Below, one piece after another: positions 18,860 to 27,733 of a stretch of 46,628 bases of DNA. The notes beneath the pieces were generated by a model. It did no database searches and was not told the DNA's origin. It saw only the letters and a list, made by a program, of their open reading frames with translations. Both the position numbers and the translations under genes were made by a program. Position 1 is the stretch's first letter. Each line of letters starts with the position of its first letter. Source of the stretch: a virus (taxonomy: Duplodnaviria > Caudoviricetes); the IMG/VR virus record IMGVR_UViG_3300037784_000062, positions 1 through 46,628 of that record, one strand, 5' to 3'.

Positions 18860-21019
18860 CTAGCGATTGATCTTGGCCAGCCGCGCAGCCCAGGCGGGCT
18901 TGGCGGGCTTGGCGCTCGGGTTTTTCGGGGCGGGCTGGATGATCCGGGATTTCGCGCTGGCGAGCTCCTCGGCGCGGGCGGCGGCGTCAGGCGTGGCCCA
19001 CAGGCGCTCGAGCGGCGCCATGGCGTCGAGCGCGTCGGCCTTGGCGCGGGCCTTGAACAGGTCCTGCCAGCCCTGCCAGTCGAGCCGGTCGAGCCCGAAA
19101 TTGACCGCACCGGCAAGCGCGCCCACGGCGATATCGAGCTGCTCGTTCGCCTGATGCGCCTGCTTGTCCCAGACGGGCATGTTCTTGAACTTGCGATTGG
19201 GGTTCAGGAACTCGGCGGTGATCTGCTTGAAAAAGCCCTGATCAACCTCGCTCGAGAAGCCGATCGCGCCGGGCTGCATGACGCCGGTCTCAAGCTCGAT
19301 CAGGCCCTGCTTGAGGCCGAAATAGACCCGGCGTTTCAGGCCATACTGACCGAGCTTGTAAAGCTCGGTCGCGGCCATGACCTTGCCGCCGATCTTGGCC
19401 TTGACCTTGGTCGGCGTCCCAAGCTCTGGCGCGTGCGGATCGGGCTCGCCCTTGGTCGCCATGACATTGGGATAACCCGAGGCGAACAGGTAGACGTAAG
19501 GCGACTTGTAACCCGCATCGACGAGGAAGCGATCAAAGCCGAGATCGACGCACGCCTCGCCCGGGAAGGTGAGCCGCACCACGCGGCCAAGCTCGGCCCA
19601 GGTCGTGGGGCTTTCCGGATCGCCGGGGATGACGCCGCCGGCGATGCGTTGACCGCGCGGCCCCGGCCCCCAGGCATAGGCGCCCCATTCCACACGATCG
19701 CCCTGAACGTCCGCCATGCCCGTGAGCATGCACGCCCAGGACGGAATGACGCCGGACGGACGGCCGGCGGCGCGCCATTTCTCGGTGAGCGTTTCGTGAT
19801 CAGGCGCGTCGCCGCGCTCCTCATAGGCGAGGCCAAGGGTCTGCTGGTAAAAGGTGCGCAGCTTGGTCGGGTCTGATTGCGCGTCCTGCCAGCGTTTCCA
19901 GATCCGCGCCCAGGAGCCGAGACCCGAATAGGCCTGCCAGCACCGGAAGGAGGGATAGCGGCCCTCGGTGTCGCGTCCGCCCGGCGCGCCATAGAGGCGC
20001 TGATGGCTTTCCGGGCTGAGCCATCGGGCGAGCGTGTCAGCAGGGATGATCTCGGGCGGGCAAGGATTGTCGGGATTTTCCGCGCTGTCATCATCAGGCC
20101 TTGCCGGATCGGGCGAGCGGAAGGTCGGCACCCAGACCCCGCGCGCGATCATGCCGAGTTTCTGGGTTTCATAGATCGCGGCGCTGCAGGAGGGGCAATG
20201 GAAGTGCTCGCCCGTCTCATCGCGGTCCATGGCGGCAAAGTCGAGGGTGATGAAATCGCCGCATTCCTCATGCGGACAGGGCACGTATGGGACGCGCAGA
20301 TCGCCCTTTTCCACGAGCGTGGTGATACGGCATGAGCCCTTCACGCCCGGGGTCGAGACATAGATGATCTTGCCTTCATCACCCCAAGCGTCCATGCGGG
20401 CCTGCGCCTGGGACACGGGATCGCCGCGCCCGCCCACATCATCCTCGTACTCGGTGACTTCCTCGGCGATGATGAAGCCCACGGGCAAGCCCTGCAGGCC
20501 CTTGGACGAGCTCGCCGTGGTGAGCTGCACGAAGCCGTCACCGCGCAGTTTCTTGTAAGCCGTGGTCGAGCTGTCCTCGGTGCGCGAGCGCAGGCCGACA
20601 ACATGGTCATGAAGATCGGGGGTCGCCTCGACCGTGGTGTTGAACTTGACCCGGTTCCATTTGCCGAACTCCTCCTGCGACGGAAGGATGACCAGCGCCG
20701 AGCGCGAGGCCGTGCGGATCATGTGACAGAGGGCGTTCAGCGCGGCTTCGGATTTGGCGATCTGGGCGCCGCCGGAAATCGCCACCTCACGAGACGGGTG
20801 ATCGACGCCGCACACGTCCTGTACCTCGACCATGAGGGGGACGCGGCGGTTTTCCCATTTCCCGGCGAAGCGCGAGCCGGATTCCGAACCGAGGAAACGG
20901 AACGCCTCGGCCCATTCCGACACCGTCATGTCGGGCGGCGGATCCGCGCTCTCGGCCATCGCCGACAGCACGACGGGCGCGGCCGGGGGCAGCGTCAGGG
21001 CGTCCTGAAAGTCGAGCAT
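18860..21019 (-). CDS. terL: Terminase large subunit (gpA family)
   Basis: AQIAKSE Walker A variant, AEEV Walker B, VSTP, CPH..C/CPSC zinc motif, ADVQ and VDAG nuclease motifs. Confidence 0.95.
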   Translation of the reverse strand: MLDFQDALTLPPAAPVVLSAMAESADPPPDMTVSEWAEAFRFLGSESGSRFAGKWENRRVPLMVEVQDVCGVDHPSREVAISGGAQIAKSEAALNALCHMIRTASRSALVILPSQEEFGKWNRVKFNTTVEATPDLHDHVVGLRSRTEDSSTTAYKKLRGDGFVQLTTASSSKGLQGLPVGFIIAEEVTEYEDDVGGRGDPVSQAQARMDAWGDEGKIIYVSTPGVKGSCRITTLVEKGDLRVPYVPCPHEECGDFITLDFAAMDRDETGEHFHCPSCSAAIYETQKLGMIARGVWVPTFRSPDPARPDDDSAENPDNPCPPEIIPADTLARWLSPESHQRLYGAPGGRDTEGRYPSFRCWQAYSGLGSWARIWKRWQDAQSDPTKLRTFYQQTLGLAYEERGDAPDHETLTEKWRAAGRPSGVIPSWACMLTGMADVQGDRVEWGAYAWGPGPRGQRIAGGVIPGDPESPTTWAELGRVVRLTFPGEACVDLGFDRFLVDAGYKSPYVYLFASGYPNVMATKGEPDPHAPELGTPTKVKAKIGGKVMAATELYKLGQYGLKRRVYFGLKQGLIELETGVMQPGAIGFSSEVDQGFFKQITAEFLNPNRKFKNMPVWDKQAHQANEQLDIAVGALAGAVNFGLDRLDWQGWQDLFKARAKADALDAMAPLERLWATPDAAARAEELASAKSRIIQPAPKNPSAKPAKPAWAARLAKINR

Positions 21020-21022
21020 GGT

Positions 21023-21790
21023 CTAGAGCGCGGCGCGGTCGCTGTCTGACAGCGGATTGGGAATGAGGGCGTGCGCGTGGGCGAGAAGGCGATCAAAGCG
21101 CGTGCGGGCGTCGGACTTTACCGCGCCGCCCTCGCCGATCTCGGCGGAGATCTCGCGACACTGGCGCGACAGCTCGGCGCGGCAGGTGTTGAGGTATTTG
21201 CGGAACGCCTGCTTGACGATCGGGCCATGGCGGACGGGGAGCTCGAGCTCGGCCATCAGCTTCTCGGCCGCGTCGACGGCGGACCGATCCGAGACGCGCG
21301 TCCAGCGGCTCACGGCCGCCGCCACGCCGGCCTCGGCTTCCGCGCGCGTGACGAGCAGGCCGACGCGCTCTTGCAGATCCATCTCGGCGGCGAGCGCCTT
21401 GGCGAGTTTTTCTCGGCGGTGCGGATCATTGGCAGGCACAAAGGCGTCGGGCTGGGCGTCGGTGGCGGGCGGGGTCACGTCCTGACCGGGTCGGCGAGCC
21501 GCTGCAGTCGCGCCGGATGCGGGGAGCGTTTCATCCGGGGCGCGGGTCGGCACGCCCAGGACGGCCCCGCCCATGAGCTCGCGTTGATAGTTTCCGGTGC
21601 GATGGGCTTTGACTTCAGCGAAGGAGCACAGGACCGAGCGGCCTTGCTTGGCGCGGGCGAGTGAATGCTTGGCGACATAGCGCGACAGGGTGGAGCGCTC
21701 GACCTCATCCCCCGATTTCGTCAACGCCGCCGCGAGATCTGAAATGCTCATCAGATCGTCGGGCGCCGCGACGGGCGCTTGCGTGCTCAT
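21023..21790 (-). CDS. terS: Terminase small subunit (Nu1-like)
   Basis: N-terminal HTH and a coiled region LAAEMDLQERVGLLV; lies between cos and terL. Confidence 0.75.
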   Translation of the reverse strand: MSTQAPVAAPDDLMSISDLAAALTKSGDEVERSTLSRYVAKHSLARAKQGRSVLCSFAEVKAHRTGNYQRELMGGAVLGVPTRAPDETLPASGATAAARRPGQDVTPPATDAQPDAFVPANDPHRREKLAKALAAEMDLQERVGLLVTRAEAEAGVAAAVSRWTRVSDRSAVDAAEKLMAELELPVRHGPIVKQAFRKYLNTCRAELSRQCREISAEIGEGGAVKSDARTRFDRLLAHAHALIPNPLSDSDRAAL

Positions 21791-21849
21791 TGTGTGCTGT
21801 TGTGCGCTAAGGCGTTGCGTTGTGTATCAATGCAGAGGTCGAGAAACTA

Positions 21850-21908
21850 GAAAAAGTCCGGGGCTTCGCTTTAACCGTATAACTTTTTCGCGCTGAAAGG
21901 ACCCGTAA
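21850..21908 (-). other. cos site: cosQ (GGGTCCT, 21898-21904) and predicted cosN centred on 21864-21875
   Basis: Minus strand reads TTACGGGTCCTTTC as in lambda cosQ. Inverted arms GAAAAAGT (21850-57) and ACTTTTTC (21882-89) are symmetric about the 12-mer GTTAAAGCGAAG. Confidence 0.75.
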
Positions 21909-22026
21909 CCCTCTGACAGATATGAGAAAGGCGGCGCGGGGGTTGCCCGGCCGCCTCGAGGCGCATCTATGACCATCGTCTTTATCGTTACGTGCACAAC
22001 GTTGCACACGTCAAGCGCCTAAGTGT

Positions 22027-23079
22027 TCAGCAACGATACCAACGCCTTAGCCTCTTGAGCCCGCAGATGAGGAGCGTGGCGTTCGCTGCTCTCCGATTCG
22101 TTTCGCCCTGGGCGTAGTCGCTCCCCTCGCCGGGCGCATCGGCGAGCGTGACCCCGTTCAGGACCACGGCGTCAACGACGGTGCGGAACTCAGGCGGCAA
22201 GCCCTCTTGAGCGGCGCGCCAGCGCTCGAACGCCTGCAGCTTGCTCTCGGCGACCTCGCCCGCGCCCTTGCCGCCGCCCCTGACGCCGGGCTCATAAGTG
22301 CTCACCATCTTGGCCCGGTCCGTCCCGAACCGATAATCCTGATAGTACATCACGGCGGCGCGGACCTCACCATCGGAGAGCTTGCCATGGCGATGCAGGC
22401 GTCTCACCGCATCCGCAACGTCTGCACCCAGCTCGCCCGCCCGCACAGAGCCCGGCGCTTGTTCGAGCCCGCGTTGATAGATCTGCTCGGGGGTCGGCCC
22501 GTCCCGGTCGAAGCGCATACGGGAAGCGCTCTCGAGCCCGGCGCGCACGCTGGCGTCTTGCTGCTCGCGGCGGATTTCCGACGCACGCCGTGCGCCCGCC
22601 TCCTCGGCGCGCTGGCGGATCAAGGTCCCATCCTCGATAACCGCCCTGAAGGCGTCCGCATCCTTGCCCACGCGCTCAAGATCAGCCTGAAGCCGCCCCC
22701 GCTCAGCCTCGCGCTCTGCGATCCTGTCCTGACTTCGCATGGCCAGAGCCTGCAGTCTGTTCAAACGGGCAAGCCGCTTGTCCTGCTTAACCTGTGCACG
22801 CTCGCGCTTTTCGGCTTGATCCAGCGCTCCCATGGCCACGGCATTGGTCAACACCAGATCCTCAAGCCGCTTGATGCGACGCCGTCTCGCCTCGAGCTTG
22901 GCTTTCGCCGCGCCAATGATGCCGGGCAACGCCTCAAGGCGATCACGCAACCGTTGATGCAAGGCCTCGGTCTCGCCGAGTCTCTGGCGCATCAGGTCCT
23001 CGAGGAACGCCTGCACTTCCGCCGTGCGCGCCTTGGCCTGTTCGCTGGCGCTTAGTGTTCGCTGAGTGCGACGGCCCAT
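22027..23079 (-). CDS. Putative late-gene regulator (DUF6456-like C-terminus) with a long N-terminal coiled coil
   Basis: Last early gene before cos (Q position); LHRHGKLSDGEVRAA...GLKRLRRWY motif; GGAGG RBS. Confidence 0.6.
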   Translation of the reverse strand: MGRRTQRTLSASEQAKARTAEVQAFLEDLMRQRLGETEALHQRLRDRLEALPGIIGAAKAKLEARRRRIKRLEDLVLTNAVAMGALDQAEKRERAQVKQDKRLARLNRLQALAMRSQDRIAEREAERGRLQADLERVGKDADAFRAVIEDGTLIRQRAEEAGARRASEIRREQQDASVRAGLESASRMRFDRDGPTPEQIYQRGLEQAPGSVRAGELGADVADAVRRLHRHGKLSDGEVRAAVMYYQDYRFGTDRAKMVSTYEPGVRGGGKGAGEVAESKLQAFERWRAAQEGLPPEFRTVVDAVVLNGVTLADAPGEGSDYAQGETNRRAANATLLICGLKRLRRWYRC

Positions 23080-23906
23080 CCGGTTTCCTCCGCTAGGATG
23101 CCATGAACGCCCGCCGCCTTCAGGCGTGCGCCCTGCTGTTTGTGAAGATCCATGAGATCACGCTCGGTGATCACGATCACATGGCGCTGTGAGGCGAGGC
23201 GCAGACGTGCGCCCCATGCCGCCCATTCATACGGGCCGACCTCGGTCTTGAGGCGGCTGCGCGCCTCGCGCCACCAGTCCAGGTCCTCGGCGGTCGGCTC
23301 GTCATGACCCGGACTTTTTTGGTATTTTTTTCGTTCAGATGAATCGTTCTTGCTGTCGCCACAGTAACGACAGGGGGTGTCGCTGCAGGAACGACAGGCC
23401 CCCTGTCGCCCATCGGCGACAAGGGGGGTGTCGCTGGCTGGCGACAGGGTCGGTGTGAAATCGCCCGCCCCGGCGCCCCCGCCTTCATCCACCACACCCA
23501 CCGCGCCCGCTGCGAGGGCGGCATGCTCAGCCGCGCGCGCACCGTTCAGGACAGCGCGTCGCAAGCGCTTGAACTCGGCGAGGGTCTGGGCAGGCTTCTC
23601 GCCTGGCTGGCGTTCCTCGCCGGGGTCAAGGCGAACGCGATAGGCCGAAGGCTTGTCAGAACGCTCAGCGCGTCTGATCTCCACCCAGCCAAGCCATTCC
23701 AGCACCGTCATGGCTTCATTCACCTTCTGACGTCCAAATCCGCACCGTTCGGCGAACCGGATCTGACGGGTCGGCGTTGTCCATCCATTGCGGTCTGTGA
23801 AGGTCCCAAGGGCGGACAGAACGCGATAATCGCTGTCCTTCATCAGCCCTGCGATCACATCCTCAAGCGCACCCGCAGGGGTGACGCACATGCGCGGACC
23901 GCTCAT
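23052..23906 (-). CDS. Replication initiator (HTH plus DnaA N-terminal-like C-terminal domain)
   Basis: N-terminal wHTH (YRVLSALGTFTDRNGW...LEWLGWVE), internal iterons, C-terminal ARSRLKTEVGPYEWAAW. TAATG coupling to the MT-A70 gene. Confidence 0.75.
   Translation of the reverse strand: MSGPRMCVTPAGALEDVIAGLMKDSDYRVLSALGTFTDRNGWTTPTRQIRFAERCGFGRQKVNEAMTVLEWLGWVEIRRAERSDKPSAYRVRLDPGEERQPGEKPAQTLAEFKRLRRAVLNGARAAEHAALAAGAVGVVDEGGGAGAGDFTPTLSPASDTPLVADGRQGACRSCSDTPCRYCGDSKNDSSERKKYQKSPGHDEPTAEDLDWWREARSRLKTEVGPYEWAAWGARLRLASQRHVIVITERDLMDLHKQQGARLKAAGVHGILAEETGWAVALSEH
23314..23446. promoter_or_regulatory. Phage replication origin: four inverted-repeat iterons plus an AT-rich stretch
   Basis: TGTCGC-N6/7-(A/G)CGACA at 23354, 23378, 23404 and 23429, next to a T-rich run at 23314-23350, inside the initiator gene. 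Confidence 0.78.
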
Positions 23907-24601
23907 TATACCACCCCGCCGCGTCTCAGCGCGTCCAGACGGCCCGCCTGATCGCCCGCGCAATCCCAGCCCGACCCGCGCGCCTGACGGCTGCACAGAT
24001 CGAGATACGGCCCGGCATAGAGCGTCTCGATCCAGCGATAGAGGCTATCGGGCTTTTCCGAATGAATGCGCGTGCGGCGGTCAACAAGGCCCGCCCCGCC
24101 CATCACCGCGTCAATCGCTTCATCGGGCCAGCCCGGAGCATCGGGCACGCCCCCGACCAGGTCGGCGGGCGTTGGCGGCGCGATCAGATTGCGTACCGAT
24201 TTTGACAGGCGCTTGGGATGACCTACCGCGCCGATCAGGATGAACTCGCACGCCCCGCGCAAGACATGCCCGGTCCCGAACGCCCATTTGGCGCCAGTTT
24301 CGCTCGCCTTCGCCCATGCGGCCGAGGTGACAAAGCGAAAACCCCAACGCTGCATCAGATCGAGCGCATGGGGCAGCATGGGCGCGAGCGCCCACATGAT
24401 CAGCGCGCATTCGGCGGCGGCGAAGCGGCGCACAGGCCATAAGCCCATGTCCGCCACGCTGGCGCAGCGATAATGCGCCTGCGGGGATTTGTCATAGCCC
24501 GCCTCGGTGCGCTGGATCTGCTCCCAGGGCGGATCCGCGACGATCACCCGATAGAGCCCGCGCGGCACGTCATCAAAGTTGTGGAACTGTCGGGCGCTCA
24601 T
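23906..24601 (-). CDS. MT-A70-family N6-adenine DNA methyltransferase
   Basis: VIVADPPW, WGFRFVTSAAWAK, FGTGHVLRGACE and HSEKP motifs. Confidence 0.92.
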   Translation of the reverse strand: MSARQFHNFDDVPRGLYRVIVADPPWEQIQRTEAGYDKSPQAHYRCASVADMGLWPVRRFAAAECALIMWALAPMLPHALDLMQRWGFRFVTSAAWAKASETGAKWAFGTGHVLRGACEFILIGAVGHPKRLSKSVRNLIAPPTPADLVGGVPDAPGWPDEAIDAVMGGAGLVDRRTRIHSEKPDSLYRWIETLYAGPYLDLCSRQARGSGWDCAGDQAGRLDALRRGGVV

Positions 24602-24648
24602 TAAGCATACCCCCCAACAGACGAAATCACTCCACTCGGAACACGACT

Positions 24649-25575
24649 ATGACGCTTATCGGCATATTGGCCTCTCTCGCATTGCTGGCCGCAACACAGG
24701 CAAGCTCCGAAGCCGAGCCTGCACCGCCGGTCGAACTGAACAATGATGCGACAGAGACAGCTGATGCGACGCCAACAAACCCCGGTTTTGAGGGAAACGA
24801 GGCGACGCAAGACGATCCCGCCCTCGGCGTGGTCGGTACCCTCTCGCCGGTCGAGGCTACACCCCAGAGAGCGGAAACGCCTCTCACCCATCGTGAGATC
24901 AACCCGAACCCCGCCCTCGATGCCAGCCCAGATGCTCCTGGCACCCTGCCCCTTGGCATTCTGAACGAAGGGCTGCAATGGATTGCGCTGCTGCTTATCC
25001 CAATACTCATACACAAATTGGAAGAGATGGGACGAAGCAGGCAAGAATATGATGAAAAATTGCGCCCGATGATTTCCGTGAATACAGGAGAATATGTCAA
25101 CGTAATTGAGTTCAAGAGCCCCGCCCCTAACGCACCGCACACTATAATTATAAAGCCAGTTCGAAAGACCAAATATATAAAACTTAACCCTGAATTTGAG
25201 ATCGTCACGGATTTCTATGGTGATACAAGCGCTTTTCGCATCAATGAAAAATACAATAAATTTGAAAAATATAATACAAGGGCCGACCATCATGGAAACT
25301 TGACATGTGTATTTAGCGCTATTTCTGACGAAATTTCCGACTACGACAACTGGGTATCCGTAACTATCTCCTGGATAACATCTCCTACAGCCCACAGTCC
25401 TTTCAGCGACAGAATTGCTAGGTTTCTGGGTTACACCACACACCGCAAAAAGCAGTTCACAGTCACCCTCCAACCACCGAGGATCTTGCCATCCAGAGCC
25501 TTGGAAAGCGCACTCAAAACGAACTACGCACCGTTGTCTGATCACGAATTTGAAGCACTCAAAACAGCTCGATAG
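24649..25575 (+). CDS. Moron: exported/membrane protein, unknown function
   Basis: Signal-peptide-like N-terminus, Pro/Thr/Glu linker, TM segment (WIALLLIPILI) and an AT-rich C-terminal domain; antisense to the operon. Confidence 0.68.
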   Translation: MTLIGILASLALLAATQASSEAEPAPPVELNNDATETADATPTNPGFEGNEATQDDPALGVVGTLSPVEATPQRAETPLTHREINPNPALDASPDAPGTLPLGILNEGLQWIALLLIPILIHKLEEMGRSRQEYDEKLRPMISVNTGEYVNVIEFKSPAPNAPHTIIIKPVRKTKYIKLNPEFEIVTDFYGDTSAFRINEKYNKFEKYNTRADHHGNLTCVFSAISDEISDYDNWVSVTISWITSPTAHSPFSDRIARFLGYTTHRKKQFTVTLQPPRILPSRALESALKTNYAPLSDHEFEALKTAR

Positions 25576-25592
25576 AGGCGAGACACCAGCCA

Positions 25593-25889
25593 TCACCAGC
25601 GCCCCCTCGGCGTGCGCAAGGCTTCACGGCGCACAAGGCCGCGCGCAACCGAGACGATCTCGCGCGTGCTCACCTCTTGCGCGTCAAGCTCACGGATGGC
25701 GCGTTTGCGGCGCGACAGACTGATATCGTAATGGGGATGCGCCGATTTCGGCGGCCCCTGATACCATTCGCGGCGAAGGCCCAGCTTGTCGGCCGCGTCA
25801 TGCAGCTCATCAAGGGAATCCGCGGTCATATGGCACATGATCATGCACCCGAGTGACAGGCGGGCGTTATCGACATAGATCGCCATCAT
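25593..25889 (-). CDS. DUF4031-family protein
   Basis: IYVD...MCHMTADSLDELH...LGLRREWYQ...HPHYDI signature. Confidence 0.85.
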   Translation of the reverse strand: MMAIYVDNARLSLGCMIMCHMTADSLDELHDAADKLGLRREWYQGPPKSAHPHYDISLSRRKRAIRELDAQEVSTREIVSVARGLVRREALRTPRGRW

Positions 25890-26545
25890 GCCGCCCGCCC
25901 TTCCCGCCGCGCCTTGGCTTGCGCCCGGGCGGCCGCGTTCGACGCGCGCCAGGATCCGTCCGGCCGGGGCGGCGGCGCGGCGAAAAACTGGGTTTCCATG
26001 GCGCTGGTCCCGGCCGCATGCCCGGTCGGGCAATGGGTCACGCCATTCTTGGCGATATAGGCGGCGATCATGTCCGCTTCTTCACTGGCGATGATGGTGA
26101 CGACGGGCGAACAGGACGCCGGACGGTCCGCATCTGGAGCCGGTATGACGGTCTGGGCGAGCGCCTTGAACGCAGCAGCCCTTGCGGGCGTCTTGGGGTT
26201 CGGCGCGGCGACAGGATCCGGATCCGGCTCGGGATCCGGTGCGAGAAACTCGGCGTATGCTTCGGCGGCGGCGCGGGCAGCCGGGCCGTCCGCCTCGCCC
26301 AGGTCAATCGCCTGTTTGAGTACGGATTTCGCGGTCGAGACGGTTTTCCACCATTTGAGCCGCGCGGCGAGCGTCAGAATGGCGTTCCGAGGCCCGGGCC
26401 AACCGAGCATGACCGCGCGTCGTGCATTCACGATCGGTTGCTGCAAGGGGCCGCGCTTGGACGGGTCCATGACGTCAAGCGGATCCGCGCCGGTTTCCGC
26501 GCACGCCGCCACGATCGCCGAGGCGATGCAATCTGCACTGATCAT
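25886..26545 (-). CDS. Hypothetical early protein (weak DnaA C-terminal-like N-terminus)
   Basis: ATGA overlaps at both ends; C-terminal IAAYIAKNGVTHCP motif. Confidence 0.65.
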   Translation of the reverse strand: MISADCIASAIVAACAETGADPLDVMDPSKRGPLQQPIVNARRAVMLGWPGPRNAILTLAARLKWWKTVSTAKSVLKQAIDLGEADGPAARAAAEAYAEFLAPDPEPDPDPVAAPNPKTPARAAAFKALAQTVIPAPDADRPASCSPVVTIIASEEADMIAAYIAKNGVTHCPTGHAAGTSAMETQFFAAPPPRPDGSWRASNAAARAQAKARREGRAA

Positions 26546-26883
26546 TGGATCACCCTCTTTTTCGCCCACTTGGGATCGGTTGCCGCGATGGCGCTCAGAA
26601 GCTCCGCCGCAAGGCTTGGCCGGGTGCAGGCTTTCGCCGCCTCACGCGCCGTCTGCCCTGTCGCGAGCACGCGGTTGATGCGGCGCACATCCCGCCCCAA
26701 CTGGCGCGTCACCTGGGCGGCGGCGGCGTCACGGGTTTCGCAATTCTCGAGAAAGCAGAACCCGGCGGTCCAAATGCCGTTGACATAGCCCTCACCGTCC
26801 CGGTTCACGCCGAGCATGATGGGAACCACCCCGCCCGCATGGGGCGCGGCATAGTTGAGATTGATCGATGCGGGACGGCTCAT
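26542..26883 (-). CDS. Hypothetical early protein
   Basis: Start MSRPASIN with ATGA coupling on both sides. Confidence 0.6.
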   Translation of the reverse strand: MSRPASINLNYAAPHAGGVVPIMLGVNRDGEGYVNGIWTAGFCFLENCETRDAAAAQVTRQLGRDVRRINRVLATGQTAREAAKACTRPSLAAELLSAIAATDPKWAKKRVIQ

Positions 26884-26993
26884 GACGCGCCCCCGAGCCC
26901 AAGGGCGAGCGACAGGGCGGCCGCCACAAAGCCGACGATCACGACAGCCGAGGTGAGATCCTCGACCAGATGGCGCCAGTTGAACCGGATCAT
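26880..26993 (-). CDS. 37-aa single-TM small protein
   Basis: MIRFNWRHLVEDLTSAVVIVGFVAAALSLALGLGGAS; ATGA overlaps with both neighbours; below the ORF-track cutoff. Confidence 0.65.
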   Translation of the reverse strand: MIRFNWRHLVEDLTSAVVIVGFVAAALSLALGLGGAS

Positions 26994-27364
26994 GACCGCA
27001 CCGCCTTCCCGGCGAAAAGGTCAGAGGTGTCATGATCGCGCGGCGAGGTGATCGCCCTTTGCTCGAGGGCGTGACAGGCGCTCGCGAAATCCTCGCCCGT
27101 CGCCTGCATGCGGAAGGTGATGACGTCGCCCTTTGCGCCGCATTCGCGGATCACGCAGCGATAGGAGCGGCCGAAACGATCCACCTTGAGGGCATGTTCC
27201 GTCTTGCAGCACGGGCAAGTGAGAATGAACCCGGCCTCGGCCTCGATCACCTCGTAACCCATGATGCGGGCCAGCGATTGAATGGTGAGGCGCGCCTTGA
27301 TCGCGGCGGCGCGGTCCCTTGACCGGGTCCGGGCGTCTTCGCCGAAAAGTCCTTTACTGCTCAT
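26990..27364 (-). CDS. Stand-alone CHC2 (DnaG-type) zinc-finger protein
   Basis: IKARLTI...CPCC...YRC...CGAKGDVITF...FASACHAL; no TOPRIM domain. Confidence 0.82.
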   Translation of the reverse strand: MSSKGLFGEDARTRSRDRAAAIKARLTIQSLARIMGYEVIEAEAGFILTCPCCKTEHALKVDRFGRSYRCVIRECGAKGDVITFRMQATGEDFASACHALEQRAITSPRDHDTSDLFAGKAVRS

Positions 27365-27376
27365 GACAGCGTCCTT

Positions 27377-27733
27377 TCATCGGTCATGGAGAGGGATCGC
27401 GCGCTCGATCGGCGCACGGCGTGCGTCGAGCGCGCTCAGGCGCTCGCGTTCACGGGGCAAGGCCCCGAGACTGGAAATGAAGGAAGTCACAGGCCCGCTC
27501 AGCCGGTCGCGTTCGACTGCATTCGTTCGGGATGCCCAGAGCGCCAGACTGGCCACAAACAGGCCATACAGACCCGGATCCGGGCAGCACTCCTTGAGCG
27601 CGGGATCCTCGACTGTGCGATCCACGACGCTGCGCGCAAGCTCACGCGCGGCGATCGCCAGCCCGTCATCATCGGACCGCAAGGCCCGTTCAGCGTCTAT
27701 CAAAAGGGCGTACCAGAGCGCGTCCCTAGCCAT
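27377..27733 (-). CDS. Hypothetical early protein
   Basis: Start MARDALW overlaps the upstream gene end; operon continuity. Confidence 0.6.
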   Translation of the reverse strand: MARDALWYALLIDAERALRSDDDGLAIAARELARSVVDRTVEDPALKECCPDPGLYGLFVASLALWASRTNAVERDRLSGPVTSFISSLGALPRERERLSALDARRAPIERAIPLHDR

